DNA of 64,000 nt from Clostridia bacterium (lineage in GTDB: Bacteria > Bacillota > Clostridia > Oscillospirales > RGIG8002): positions 2,761 through 66,760 of the forward strand of contig JAFRVI010000023.1 in NCBI GenBank assembly GCA_017438525.1, written 5' to 3'. How positions within the stretch are numbered: the first letter of the stretch is position 1; the number at the start of each line of letters is the position of its first letter. The translations under genes were made by a program, and so were the position numbers. Below, piece after piece: positions 27,301-34,724 of this stretch. A model generated the notes under the pieces. The model was not told the DNA's origin and ran no database searches. It was given only the letters and a program-made list of their open reading frames with translations.

Positions 27301-30300
27301 TACGCTCCGTCGCCGCGTCTCCTCGCGAGGCTTCAGGAGATAACGGGAAAGAAGACGGATATCGCTTCGATGGAGCTTGACGAGGTATACGACCGCACAG
27401 CGCTGCTAATGGAGTTCGCGCAAACGATCGAGAACAGCAAAAAGCTCGCGGGCGTTATGGAAAAGCGCGAGATACACGATCTCGCTTACCATACCATAAC
27501 GGATATAGCGACCACGAAGGGGAACGAAAGCGATCCCGCGGAGGGCTTCAAGAGAATGCTGCGGCCTTTCGTCCGCGCGGGAGAAGCCGCCGCCGACTTT
27601 GTCAATACCGAGGTGCTGTCTCCGATCGCATCGATACAGCGCTACACGGGGTTCAACGATAACGATCCGCTCTATCAGCGCGCGGAGGAGCTCGCGAAAG
27701 CCGAGGGTGTATACGATAAGTACACGACCGACGCGAACGCCCTCTTCGACGAGCTGCTGAACGATAAGCAGTTCGTGAAGTTTTTCCGCGGCGACGCCGG
27801 CAAGCCCATCGTCTTCAAGGCGAGAGGAGTCGGGGGAGACGGTATGCCCGGCGGCGAGATCGAAGTGCAGATAACCCCGGCGCTCCGCACCTGGCTTTAT
27901 CTCAACAGCCTCAACGCGGATAACCTCAACCATATCAAGACCGGCGGCGCGATATTCCCTGATCTCAACCTCCTGAGAAAAGGCAAATACGCCGACGCGT
28001 TCAGCGAGAAGAACTCGAAGAGAGTCCTTCTCTCTCCGGAGGAGATAAAAAGGATCACCGCCGGCATGACCGCAAAGGAGCTGCAGTTCGCCCGCGCCTG
28101 GGCGAAGTATGAGTCCGAAATGGCACAGCCGGGGATAGCACAGGTCCACGAGGAGCAGTACGGAACTCCGCCGAAGATGGTTGACGAGGGCTATTTTATG
28201 ATACGTACCAAGATGCCGAGCAGCTCCGCCATCGACGGGCTTGAGCAGATGCAGATAGACGGCACGACCGATATCGGCAGTCCCGGATGGCTCAAGGAAC
28301 GCAAGGATTCCAAACTGCCGATATACGCCTACCCCGCGGATATGATGATCAAGAGAGCGATAGACGATCACGCGCGTTTCGTCGCTTACTCGATCCCCGT
28401 CAGCAACTTCAATAAGATATGGAACGCGAATATGTGGGGCAAGGACAGTATCTATAACCCGGTAACGCGAACGGACGAAACGATGTTCCGTCTCGGGACG
28501 AGCGTGAAGGATACGCTCAAGGCGAAGTGGGGGCAAAACTCCGTCGACGTCGTGCAGCAGATGCTTGACGAATACGTCGGCAAGCCGAGAGGAAAGAACA
28601 GCAAAGCGGAGCGCGCCCTCAATAAGATCCGCGGCAACTACGCACAGGCGAGGCTTGCCGCAGGGCTCGGAACGGCGCTGAAGCAGATGCCGTCCGGCAT
28701 TGCCGCGGCTCCCGTTATCGATTTCCGCTCGCTTGCAAAAGCCGCGAATCCGGGATACAGTATCGATACGTCCTTCATCGACGAATATACCGCATCCTAT
28801 GCGATCCGCAAGAAGGGTTATTCTTCCACGGAACTCGGGGATCTCGCCAAGCAGGGCAAAAAGCTCCCCAAATGGCTTATATGGTATCAGACCGCAGACC
28901 TCGTGACGACAGGCCCGCTTCTCAAGCGCGCGGCAGCGTTCTACGTCCGCCGTAACTTCAAAACGCTGGAGGTCGGGTCGGAAGCATACAAGCAGAAGGT
29001 CGCCGAGGTATACGATAAGATCATCAACGAGACGCAGCCGACCTATGACGTTATGTACCGCGCCAACGCTTTGCGCAATCCCAGCCCGATATGGCGCGCT
29101 CTGAATATGTTCAAGACGCAGCCGTATAAGAACTACACGATACTGTATACCGCGCTCGGCAATCTCCGGGCAAAGGGCAACGCTCTGAACGACGCGGAGC
29201 AGTTCCGCTATACGGACGAGCAAGGCAAGGCCGAATACGAGCAGGCAAGGAGCGAGTATACCGAGGCGAAGAAACGCGTCGTAAGAGCGTTCGTTTCGCA
29301 GATACTGTCGGGTTTGGCAATATCGGCGATCATGGTGCTCAACGATTTCCTCGTCACGGGCAACAAAAAGAAGTATCAGGATGAGGACGGCGACGTCACT
29401 CTCTTATCCTTCCTCAAGGGGCTCGGGCTCAATTTTGCCTCGACCGGCGCCGGAATGTTCCCGCTCGGCGGTGCGATACTTGAAACTGTGGAGAATACGG
29501 CGAACATTATTTCCGGGAATAAACTGTTCGACACTTATTCCTACGGATTGAAGGTGCCGGAGGTCGAAACGCTGAACAATGTGCAGAGCACTATTGATAA
29601 GCTGGTTGAAGCTCTGGCCGCCGTCGCAGACGCAGAGGACGCATCCGACTGGGAAAAGATAGGCAGAGCGTTATGGAAGACGGCTGTCGACACCGGAGAG
29701 ATCTTCGGTATACCGAGCGGCAATTTGAACAAAACGCTGAAAGCCGCCCTGCGGCAGGTGTTCCGCACTCAAGGCAAATACGTCGGAGAATACTTGACGC
29801 TGCGCGTCATGGGGACCGTGGAGGCTCACAAAAAAGCTCACTACGACAACCTCTATAAGGCTTACAAGTACGACCAGGAGCAATACAAGACTATATACGA
29901 AGATCTCATCGAAGATGGGTTGACCGAGTCGCAGATCAAGAACGCGATGGAACAGAGGATGAAGGCCGAACAGAAAGTCGACAGAGTTGACGAACTTGAC
30001 AGCCGATACCTTCCTCCGGCGCAGGATAAACAGTATGACAGTATCGTCGAGAGCGTCGAGAAGAGCAGTATATACTCCAAATTGAGCGCTACCGCAAAGA
30101 TAGAAATAAGCGATCTCGCCTACGACGTCGTTGCGTCGGATAAGTGGAGGGATTACGCCGTCACGAAGGAAAACAACCTCACCGCGACGCAATACGTTCT
30201 TTACAAACTCGCTCTCGATATCGTAGACGAGCCCAATAAAGACGGGAAATACGGTACGTACACAGATAAAGAAAAAGCGGCAGCTGTAAAAATAGCGAAG

Positions 30301-30309
30301 GGGAATTAA
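21370..30309 (+). CDS. Giant (2979-aa) polyvalent virion protein with an HExxH zincin motif, Gly/Ala-rich hydrophobic segments and a long coiled coil
   Basis: Uninterrupted 8.9-kb ORF with an SD. HEMGH at 25570-25584. Hydrophobic G/A-rich stretch at about 22530-22870. Two barnase/EndoU-like (PBECR-type) looking segments at about 24160-24580 and 26350-26520. E/R/K coiled coil at about 26650-27140. Confidence 0.6.
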   Translation: MATFDEIIRKSRENQSESSNSGGATFDEIIQKSRSRNGTGTAPVSSATPATPFMPLNVGEFYEKEVVPTVTALERIAREAEKAKAYSDTSDKLRGYTTLPEAPIGMPKIPNPADKLVAQAQEVANQREKEIRKALGGRNEFGSYVAGATDVDYTALAKKTNISEDELRNYAAENRKGAYRQAYEMLSRTDRADINSFIYDSKRFNLTEDEARGIFATYQNSDLKKMLTSSDGSNQDEIVKYIDGQIRDTGVGDRYGYGPKAIYRWTPDYALAVLKNTSAPAEGYTKENIMRYKARAIALTCIDPSSNKKWEKEAEDMYDVLFNNFFSADEDLLKAGDGWGRIAADIRTVTHPTAEAIMLGLSKGIGAESVATLINSDVKEQSDRAFAKAAALSPTAAEISSTAGSVALYTALAYVSGGAAGSIGGAAGSLLNIPAASSGLRLATSALSGAMALGGMSAVQNLGGYVTGDISLGEYGKRIGEAEVTGAASALASGLVSLRFDKALTGKLKSEIGTKAGVNYTTAVPDNAYDVLYGGNRMPLVASVKNPQTPFYIFTRNMASGLAGTGAYIAANAAVADEKQSEEEMARQLIFGFVTSLLHSFISAHSFSAGQREYARSIEGKIAEINKSIDSFKGAAANTEARGYDLSEAASKLVLEIERLRRGLVENFIASDPNTLNDLAVTDYYLVALQETLGEYVKIGTYGASEAYMTGLPEASAVAPITDLVAYSMESGINDGAIGATEAAEINSEYIPGAAAAASESVSALTTTEQHPAQNAAAQIAIDLSPAQAQAEGVLPSAEINARNAQITPPARNEQEAAARTESAKSWEIIGRDFGENGQKAFADVFDPELTKGELGTLAETFTAFYNAGKNNTGLDSISRELMQAALEVYGNDTDAAFEMERAAVLAGRADAEMKSSLVEDRAADDGVIDLSDDTELAKRIAGKSGSEKYNAIRDYILEELSGIDVVLSDGNNAIVDRKDAQHIAHKAGDKKRRAISEIKRLVEHAKLVATEKSVDNNKFRDFRYYEASVRYHDNTFPVYINVGIAKNDGSYHIYDITHKLRATAHRLNGVGRVTQTYALEAVPLTPDIIPDNTEKVNTVSEKSDNPANTAMTMVEARRMIETAYRVGEIKEWYADEGTNQTVDEWLKNVGSDDIAMIIENDFDLQRKYINSNTAILDDEYQIEDVIDAYKAGTLVGKEKKKAQRLDIKKETGLKDDRFYAPREIENAKERFELAQQRITNANKQQVIQARADIVLFAHNRNAAELLGISQAELNKKLRSWTRYSASAREISERINAGVPLENRWTGIENSSFVNQASISQKDIDMLVKSVTGDPNGAERKYIARVMLALDTHIDYKGLNFIFESKAELNKKHGFSGRTNGVYNGYDTIACKYMAPNTVAHEMGHYLDTRFARDLVGGREDSRHYLTRGVNKDIVRERYGEDGVRFVDNFNVFMDGLTDVNDAYSSYSNDRAEVFARFVARFVEWTENVAAGYRMSNYEYNSYDDHFTTAQYVEFARLLQEKSLLDGMRANGAVTTAEGANTSEIKQSISKIVDVDGKDYGIGVYLDSILLEGLTDAERSDMVKEYVKTELAGSHLLAYNSNGAPVDVAIAEYGERFTDENGKKKKVLKELYGKNNKFKAKQESVVLADELLLTAKQGEPEKSRKAHDWLDNNGQNDWDYWTTYIQDKNKTVWLATLNIANATDGRKILYDINPIKMVAEGLSWPSTTTNKYTTTPSAKSQEEIKKYFHDDEPAAVADAYADLWKQLAEANRKLANEMGDLNFSNRELLANALETVTKDSAEAQFIERYRDEIKTLNETEAELKEVRAELRKKIFSGTRDDARIEELTAQRKHLENKLNYWDKKLMTAIEASKPLQRVVERERAKAYKRAREQERAKVDALREGRELREAQDRLLKMLRRINNKKLSTPNKAWLEQHFGDIYTLSKTLTGKKLAAAEDIKNRIAALTDENSPDYDPNYAPSPRLLARLQEITGKKTDIASMELDEVYDRTALLMEFAQTIENSKKLAGVMEKREIHDLAYHTITDIATTKGNESDPAEGFKRMLRPFVRAGEAAADFVNTEVLSPIASIQRYTGFNDNDPLYQRAEELAKAEGVYDKYTTDANALFDELLNDKQFVKFFRGDAGKPIVFKARGVGGDGMPGGEIEVQITPALRTWLYLNSLNADNLNHIKTGGAIFPDLNLLRKGKYADAFSEKNSKRVLLSPEEIKRITAGMTAKELQFARAWAKYESEMAQPGIAQVHEEQYGTPPKMVDEGYFMIRTKMPSSSAIDGLEQMQIDGTTDIGSPGWLKERKDSKLPIYAYPADMMIKRAIDDHARFVAYSIPVSNFNKIWNANMWGKDSIYNPVTRTDETMFRLGTSVKDTLKAKWGQNSVDVVQQMLDEYVGKPRGKNSKAERALNKIRGNYAQARLAAGLGTALKQMPSGIAAAPVIDFRSLAKAANPGYSIDTSFIDEYTASYAIRKKGYSSTELGDLAKQGKKLPKWLIWYQTADLVTTGPLLKRAAAFYVRRNFKTLEVGSEAYKQKVAEVYDKIINETQPTYDVMYRANALRNPSPIWRALNMFKTQPYKNYTILYTALGNLRAKGNALNDAEQFRYTDEQGKAEYEQARSEYTEAKKRVVRAFVSQILSGLAISAIMVLNDFLVTGNKKKYQDEDGDVTLLSFLKGLGLNFASTGAGMFPLGGAILETVENTANIISGNKLFDTYSYGLKVPEVETLNNVQSTIDKLVEALAAVADAEDASDWEKIGRALWKTAVDTGEIFGIPSGNLNKTLKAALRQVFRTQGKYVGEYLTLRVMGTVEAHKKAHYDNLYKAYKYDQEQYKTIYEDLIEDGLTESQIKNAMEQRMKAEQKVDRVDELDSRYLPPAQDKQYDSIVESVEKSSIYSKLSATAKIEISDLAYDVVASDKWRDYAVTKENNLTATQYVLYKLALDIVDEPNKDGKYGTYTDKEKAAAVKIAKGN

Positions 30310-30325
30310 CTGCGCAAACAGTACG

Positions 30326-30356
30326 AAAAAGAGGAGGGTAAAACCTCCTCTTTTTT
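30326..30356 (+). terminator. Rho-independent terminator after the giant gene
   Basis: AAAAAGAGGAGG-GTAAAA-CCTCCTCTTTTTT. Confidence 0.8.
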
Positions 30357-30366
30357 CTTTGCTGTT

Positions 30367-30400
30367 TTGAGGCGAAAAAGCAGAGACGACTTGTTATGAT
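30367..30400 (+). promoter_or_regulatory. Late-promoter-like bipartite motif copy 3: TTGAGGCGAAAA ... TGTTATGAT
   Basis: Directly follows the terminator and precedes the fibre/lysis genes. Same box and same spacing as copies 1 and 2. Confidence 0.5.
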
Positions 30401-30420
30401 AAAGAAAAGGAGGCGGCGCA

Positions 30421-30954
30421 ATGGCGGACGAGTATATGGCATTCGGCAGCGAGTTCGAGAGCGTCGCCGATGAACTTCGCGAAAAGTTTAATACCGCAGC
30501 AAAGCTCGGGTGGCCCGAGGATTATATCGCGCGGATCCGTGAGCTTACAAATACTGCCGATACTACCGCGACGCCGGCTTCGGTCGCGAGCGGCGAGGTG
30601 TTTTATGACGCGCTGGGAATAAGGCGGGTAGGGACGTTGTCTTTTACAGCTGTGCAGTTCAACACTACGGCCGGGTGGGACGCCACACCTGAGCTCGTCG
30701 GGGCAGAGAACACGTTGTACGTTTATACGGATCACGAAGAGGATGCGGATGGGCGGAACATACCCGGTTTCAAAATCGGCGACGGAAACGCTTATCTGAT
30801 CGATATGCCGTTTTCGGATCATTTTTTCGCTGCACACATCAATAATACCGACGTCCATATCACGCCCGAGGAGAGGGCGTTTTGGAATAATAAAGAACGG
30901 TGTTACGTAACTCCTCTGGGGGATCCCGAGGAGTTGATATTCACCAAAAATTGA
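30421..30954 (+). CDS. Fibre-associated protein
   Basis: GFKIGDGNAYLIDMPF is a motif common in phage fibre/hyaluronidase-type proteins. It is the first gene of the fibre cluster. Confidence 0.45.
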   Translation: MADEYMAFGSEFESVADELREKFNTAAKLGWPEDYIARIRELTNTADTTATPASVASGEVFYDALGIRRVGTLSFTAVQFNTTAGWDATPELVGAENTLYVYTDHEEDADGRNIPGFKIGDGNAYLIDMPFSDHFFAAHINNTDVHITPEERAFWNNKERCYVTPLGDPEELIFTKN

Positions 30955-30964
30955 GGAGGCTTTT

Positions 30965-32329
30965 ATGGCTGATGTATCAAAAGTAAAAACCACAAACGGG
31001 ACCACTTACAACATCAAGGACGCGACCGCGAGACAGCAGATCGCCGATATGCAGAGCAGTCTGACCGGCGCGATGCACTATATCGGGATCACGACCACCG
31101 CTATTTCGGATGGCAGCACTACGGCGACGATCTCGATCGACGGCGCGAGCAAAACCTTGACGGCGAGCGACGCCGGTTCAGTCGTCATTTACGGAGAAAA
31201 AGAGTTCGTCTGGAATGGCACGAAATGGCAAGAGTTCGGCTCGACCGGATCGCTGAAGGCGCTCGCTTTCAAGGATACCGCTTCCGGACCGCTTACTCCA
31301 AGCGGCTCAGTGAGCAAGCCGACGTTTACCGGAACAAACGCGACGATCACCGTAAAGAATAATGCGGCTGTATCGTTCACTGTATCAAAGGCTTCGTCCG
31401 GAACTGCGACGTATACCCCGGAGGGCAGCGTTTCGCAGCCGACGTTCACAGGCACACAGGGAACTGTCGAAGTGGGCGGAACGATAACAGGAGACGTTCA
31501 AATATACGCAGGACAAGACACCGGACCGAACTACACTCCCGAGGGAACGGTTTCCGCTCCGACCTTTACCGGCACATCTAAAAGCATAAAAGGATCCTTC
31601 AGCGGAACGGCGGGGAATGTCAGTGTCTCCGGAACGTCTGCGGGATCCGTGTCGCTAAGCACCGGCACCGGTACGGGTTTCACGGCTATTACGCCAGCCG
31701 GCTCGGTTTCTGTGGGCGCGGACAACGCCAACGGCGCGGTCGTAAAATCGGTTACGCCGACGACCGGGACTGTCAAGCCCATCTCCGGAGTGGGAACACT
31801 GCCGACGCTTACTACTTCAGTATTGGACGAAACACTGCAGTTCTCCTTCAGCCAGGGAACGCTGCCGACGGCGGGTGCCGACGTAACAGTTGTAACAGGA
31901 GTAAGCTCGACAAAGGGCAATCTTTCGTTCTCCGGAACAGCAGCAGGTATAAAAGCAACATTTACCGGAGGATCTACGACGTCGACCGGCAGCTTCACTC
32001 CTTCCGGATCCGTGAGCCTTTCTTCTGGGACCGGAACGGGCTCCGTGGATGTTACTCCCGCGGGCACTGTTTCGGCGCCGACGTTTACTGGCGAGGAAAC
32101 ACAGTTCAGTGCCGTGATCGGACTTGCCGGCGAAGGCGTCCACGCGGAGCTCGTCGGCCCGTTTACTCCGGCGGGAACGGTGTCTCAGCCCAGCTTTACC
32201 GGTACGGGCGCAAGACTCACCGGCAGCATCGCGAAGGACGGGATCACTTCGACTGGAAGCTACACGCCCGCGGGTTCGGTTTCGCAGCCGACGTTCACCG
32301 GCAACGAGGGCACTGTCACAGTGTCTTAA
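30965..32329 (+). CDS. Tail fibre protein with eight TP-x-G-(S/T)-VS repeats
   Basis: Fibre-type N-terminus MADVSKVKTTNGTTYNIKDATAR. Repeats such as YTPEGSVSQPTFTGT run from about 31292 to the C-terminus. Confidence 0.65.
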   Translation: MADVSKVKTTNGTTYNIKDATARQQIADMQSSLTGAMHYIGITTTAISDGSTTATISIDGASKTLTASDAGSVVIYGEKEFVWNGTKWQEFGSTGSLKALAFKDTASGPLTPSGSVSKPTFTGTNATITVKNNAAVSFTVSKASSGTATYTPEGSVSQPTFTGTQGTVEVGGTITGDVQIYAGQDTGPNYTPEGTVSAPTFTGTSKSIKGSFSGTAGNVSVSGTSAGSVSLSTGTGTGFTAITPAGSVSVGADNANGAVVKSVTPTTGTVKPISGVGTLPTLTTSVLDETLQFSFSQGTLPTAGADVTVVTGVSSTKGNLSFSGTAAGIKATFTGGSTTSTGSFTPSGSVSLSSGTGTGSVDVTPAGTVSAPTFTGEETQFSAVIGLAGEGVHAELVGPFTPAGTVSQPSFTGTGARLTGSIAKDGITSTGSYTPAGSVSQPTFTGNEGTVTVS

Positions 32330-32341
32330 GGCGGTGATTAT

Positions 32342-33193
32342 ATGGCGGAGTACGCAGTAAGCAAAATCGCATATGAAGATGACACCTTCAAGTTGAAGGA
32401 TTACCGTAACGCAGGCGTCTATTACGGCACCTGCGCGACAGCGGCGGCCACGCAGGCAAAGGCCGTTACCTGCGCGAATTTCACGCTCGCCACGGGAGCG
32501 ATCATCTTCGTCAAGTTCACATATGGTCAGTCATACAATGGGGCGCCGACGCTGAACGTCAATAGCGCCGGTGCGAAATCGGTCAAGTCAGTAGGAACGA
32601 CTAATTCTGTGCGCTATGCCTGGCTCGCCGGCGAAGTCGTTGGGTTCGTCTACGACGGCACCAATTTCATCATACTCGACGGCGGGATCGCATCGACAAC
32701 GTATTACGGTGTGACGAAGCTCTCTTCAGAGACTAACTCGACCTCTACAACGCTCGCTGCGACTCCTTCAGCGGTCAAAGCCGCCTATGATCTGGCGGCG
32801 ACTGCCAACAACAAAGTGCCGACGCCGACGGCTTCGGATGTCGGTAAGGTCCTGATGGTTAATGCCAACGGGCAGTATTATCTCGGTACGCCTTCTTCCG
32901 GAACGCAGCATACTGTCACTGTAGTGCTCGATGGTTTGTCAAGTCCGACGGCCTTGTATGTGCAATACGGTACTACCGTCATAGAAGATGACGCCGTGTT
33001 TTCCGTTTCTGACGGCGATACAATCCATTGCTACGCCTGGTTCTCTGCAGCCGACAATAAAGTTTATCTAAACGGGACGGTCGTCAGCAACGATAGCCCC
33101 GCAGAGTATGATTACATCGTTCACGGCGATGTCACGATAACCATAAGCGGAAGCCCGGGGGATTACGGTCACATCTTTATTGTAGAAGATTGA
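32342..33193 (+). CDS. Tail fibre / receptor-binding protein
   Basis: YGVTKLSSETNSTSTTLAATPSAVKAAYDLA matches the conserved fibre motif seen in lambda Stf (GIVQLSSATNSTSETLAATPKAVK). Confidence 0.7.
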   Translation: MAEYAVSKIAYEDDTFKLKDYRNAGVYYGTCATAAATQAKAVTCANFTLATGAIIFVKFTYGQSYNGAPTLNVNSAGAKSVKSVGTTNSVRYAWLAGEVVGFVYDGTNFIILDGGIASTTYYGVTKLSSETNSTSTTLAATPSAVKAAYDLAATANNKVPTPTASDVGKVLMVNANGQYYLGTPSSGTQHTVTVVLDGLSSPTALYVQYGTTVIEDDAVFSVSDGDTIHCYAWFSAADNKVYLNGTVVSNDSPAEYDYIVHGDVTITISGSPGDYGHIFIVED

Positions 33194-33202
33194 GGTGCAC
33201 AT

Positions 33203-33445
33203 ATGGAATTCTCAAAGAAGATATTGTACGTCGCGGCGTTTATTAACGTCGTTGTCATCGGGTTCACGCTCTGGTATGTTCAGGCCACGCAGGACGGTTC
33301 GCCGCTCGCTTATCTGATCCCCGCGGTCGCGGCCGAAACCGCGACCGGCACAGGATGGTATTATGCCAAGGCTAAAGCAGAGAACCGCATTAAACTTATG
33401 AAGGATAATAATATCAAGCCGAAACGGGAGGATTTCCACGAATGA
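33203..33445 (+). CDS. Holin-like small membrane protein (2 TM)
   Basis: 80 aa with two hydrophobic helices and a charged C-terminus. Lies upstream of the second holin and the endolysin. Confidence 0.5.
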   Translation: MEFSKKILYVAAFINVVVIGFTLWYVQATQDGSPLAYLIPAVAAETATGTGWYYAKAKAENRIKLMKDNNIKPKREDFHE

Positions 33446-33723
33446 GTAAGATAGACTGGAAACGCAAACTGTCCTCACGCAAGTTTTGGGCGGCGATCGC
33501 CGGCGCGGTCGCGAGCTTCGGTGCGGCGTTCGGAATAGCTGATAGTATCGTAACACAGGTCGTCGGCATTCTCGGCGGAATAGGCAGCATTTGCTTCTAC
33601 ATTTTCACAGAGGGCAAGTCTGACGTCGCCGGCATCGAGGCGAACAAGACGATAATCGTTGATGTACCGAAGGAGAGCGAGGTGGTCGGCGATGGCGAAG
33701 ATGCCGAGTCCATTCAGGGCTGA
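33442..33723 (+). CDS. Holin (LL-H/phi-LC3-like)
   Basis: SRKFWAAIAGAVASFGAAFG... is a typical N-region of this holin family. ATGA overlap start. Confidence 0.6.
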   Translation: MSKIDWKRKLSSRKFWAAIAGAVASFGAAFGIADSIVTQVVGILGGIGSICFYIFTEGKSDVAGIEANKTIIVDVPKESEVVGDGEDAESIQG

Positions 33724-34414
33724 AGTTCGCTGCACCGGCGGCTTCCCTTACTATGGCAGCCCGCCCGGCCCCTCGACCGCGAGCCACAGCGTCCATCACG
33801 GCGAGGATTACGTTCTGAAGAATAAGAGCATCGAAACGAATTGGTGCTTATTCGCTGTCGCCGAAGGCACGGTCATCCGCTCCGACAATTACGACGACTA
33901 CGGAAACTGCGTCGTAATTGCGCGCGATGACGGATATTGGATTTTGTACGCTCACCTTCAGATACGCGATGTCAAACTCGGCCAGCGTGTACTTGTCGGT
34001 CAGCGCGTCGGCATTGCAGGCAGCACGGGTAATTCGCAAGGACGACACCTGCACATTGAAGTCATCGATATGCGCGGTTTCCCTCCGAAGTGGTGCGGTT
34101 ACCAGGAGCATCTCAAGCATCTTGTCAAGCCGAGCGACTGCATCGACTTCGGAAATTACAATCCGCAGCCTGCACCCGGGCCGGATGAAGGAGGTTTCGA
34201 GGTGAAAACATGGACTAACGGCAGTACGAAGGAGCTGGTCTTTCAGACGACGTCGGACTGCAAGGCGCAGAAGAATCATATAGGATCGCTCGCTCCGAGA
34301 GAAGTGTGCGAGTGTTTCGGCGTCGTAGACGGTTGCTACCTCGTGGTCTATACCGTCAACGGCACTACTGCGAAGAAAACCGGCTTTGTTCGCTACGCTG
34401 GGGGTGTGAAGTGA
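33692..34414 (+). CDS. Endolysin: M23 (LytM-type) peptidase with a C-terminal SH3-like domain
   Basis: HHGEDY (HxxxD) and GRHLHIEV (HxH) zinc ligands. The start was chosen at the ATG after GAGGTGG. The ORF-track start 33659 is also possible. Confidence 0.8.
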   Translation: MAKMPSPFRAEVRCTGGFPYYGSPPGPSTASHSVHHGEDYVLKNKSIETNWCLFAVAEGTVIRSDNYDDYGNCVVIARDDGYWILYAHLQIRDVKLGQRVLVGQRVGIAGSTGNSQGRHLHIEVIDMRGFPPKWCGYQEHLKHLVKPSDCIDFGNYNPQPAPGPDEGGFEVKTWTNGSTKELVFQTTSDCKAQKNHIGSLAPREVCECFGVVDGCYLVVYTVNGTTAKKTGFVRYAGGVK

Positions 34415-34415
34415 A

Positions 34416-34724
34416 ATGAGTGACGCTATCATTGTCGCCATTATCGGCGCGATTTTCACGTTTGCCGGCGTCGTTCTGACGACGTGGGCGTCGCTTCGTA
34501 AGGCAAATAGGGAAGCTTTTGCACAGCGCGAAAAGGCCGCCGCCGAGAATAAGGCGCAGACGAATTTGATCTTATACCGCATCGATGAGCTCGAGAAAAA
34601 GCAAGATAAGCACAACGAGGTCATCGAGCGCACGTTCCGGATCGAAGAGCGGCTGGAGCTCCACGAAGAGAAAATTAAAGTCGCCAACCACAGGATTGAC
34701 GACCTTGAAAGGAAAACAGCATAA
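34416..34724 (+). CDS. BhlA/UviB-like holin-family protein (N-terminal TM plus coiled coil)
   Basis: AIIVAIIGAIFTFAGVVLTTW followed by a heptad-like Glu/Lys/Arg region. Lies in the lysis cassette. Confidence 0.5.
   Translation: MSDAIIVAIIGAIFTFAGVVLTTWASLRKANREAFAQREKAAAENKAQTNLILYRIDELEKKQDKHNEVIERTFRIEERLELHEEKIKVANHRIDDLERKTA

Noticed and set aside
21370-30309. The giant ORF as a tape-measure protein or as an N4-like virion RNA polymerase.
   Set aside because: No tail tube or chaperone-frameshift genes accompany it, and it carries HExxH and nuclease-like inserts. I also could not identify any polymerase catalytic motif by eye, so neither label is claimed.
15667-33193. Diversity-generating retroelement acting on the paralogous fibre C-domains.
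   Set aside because: There is no reverse transcriptase and no template-repeat/variable-repeat pair with adenine-specific differences. The two domains are ordinary diverged paralogues.
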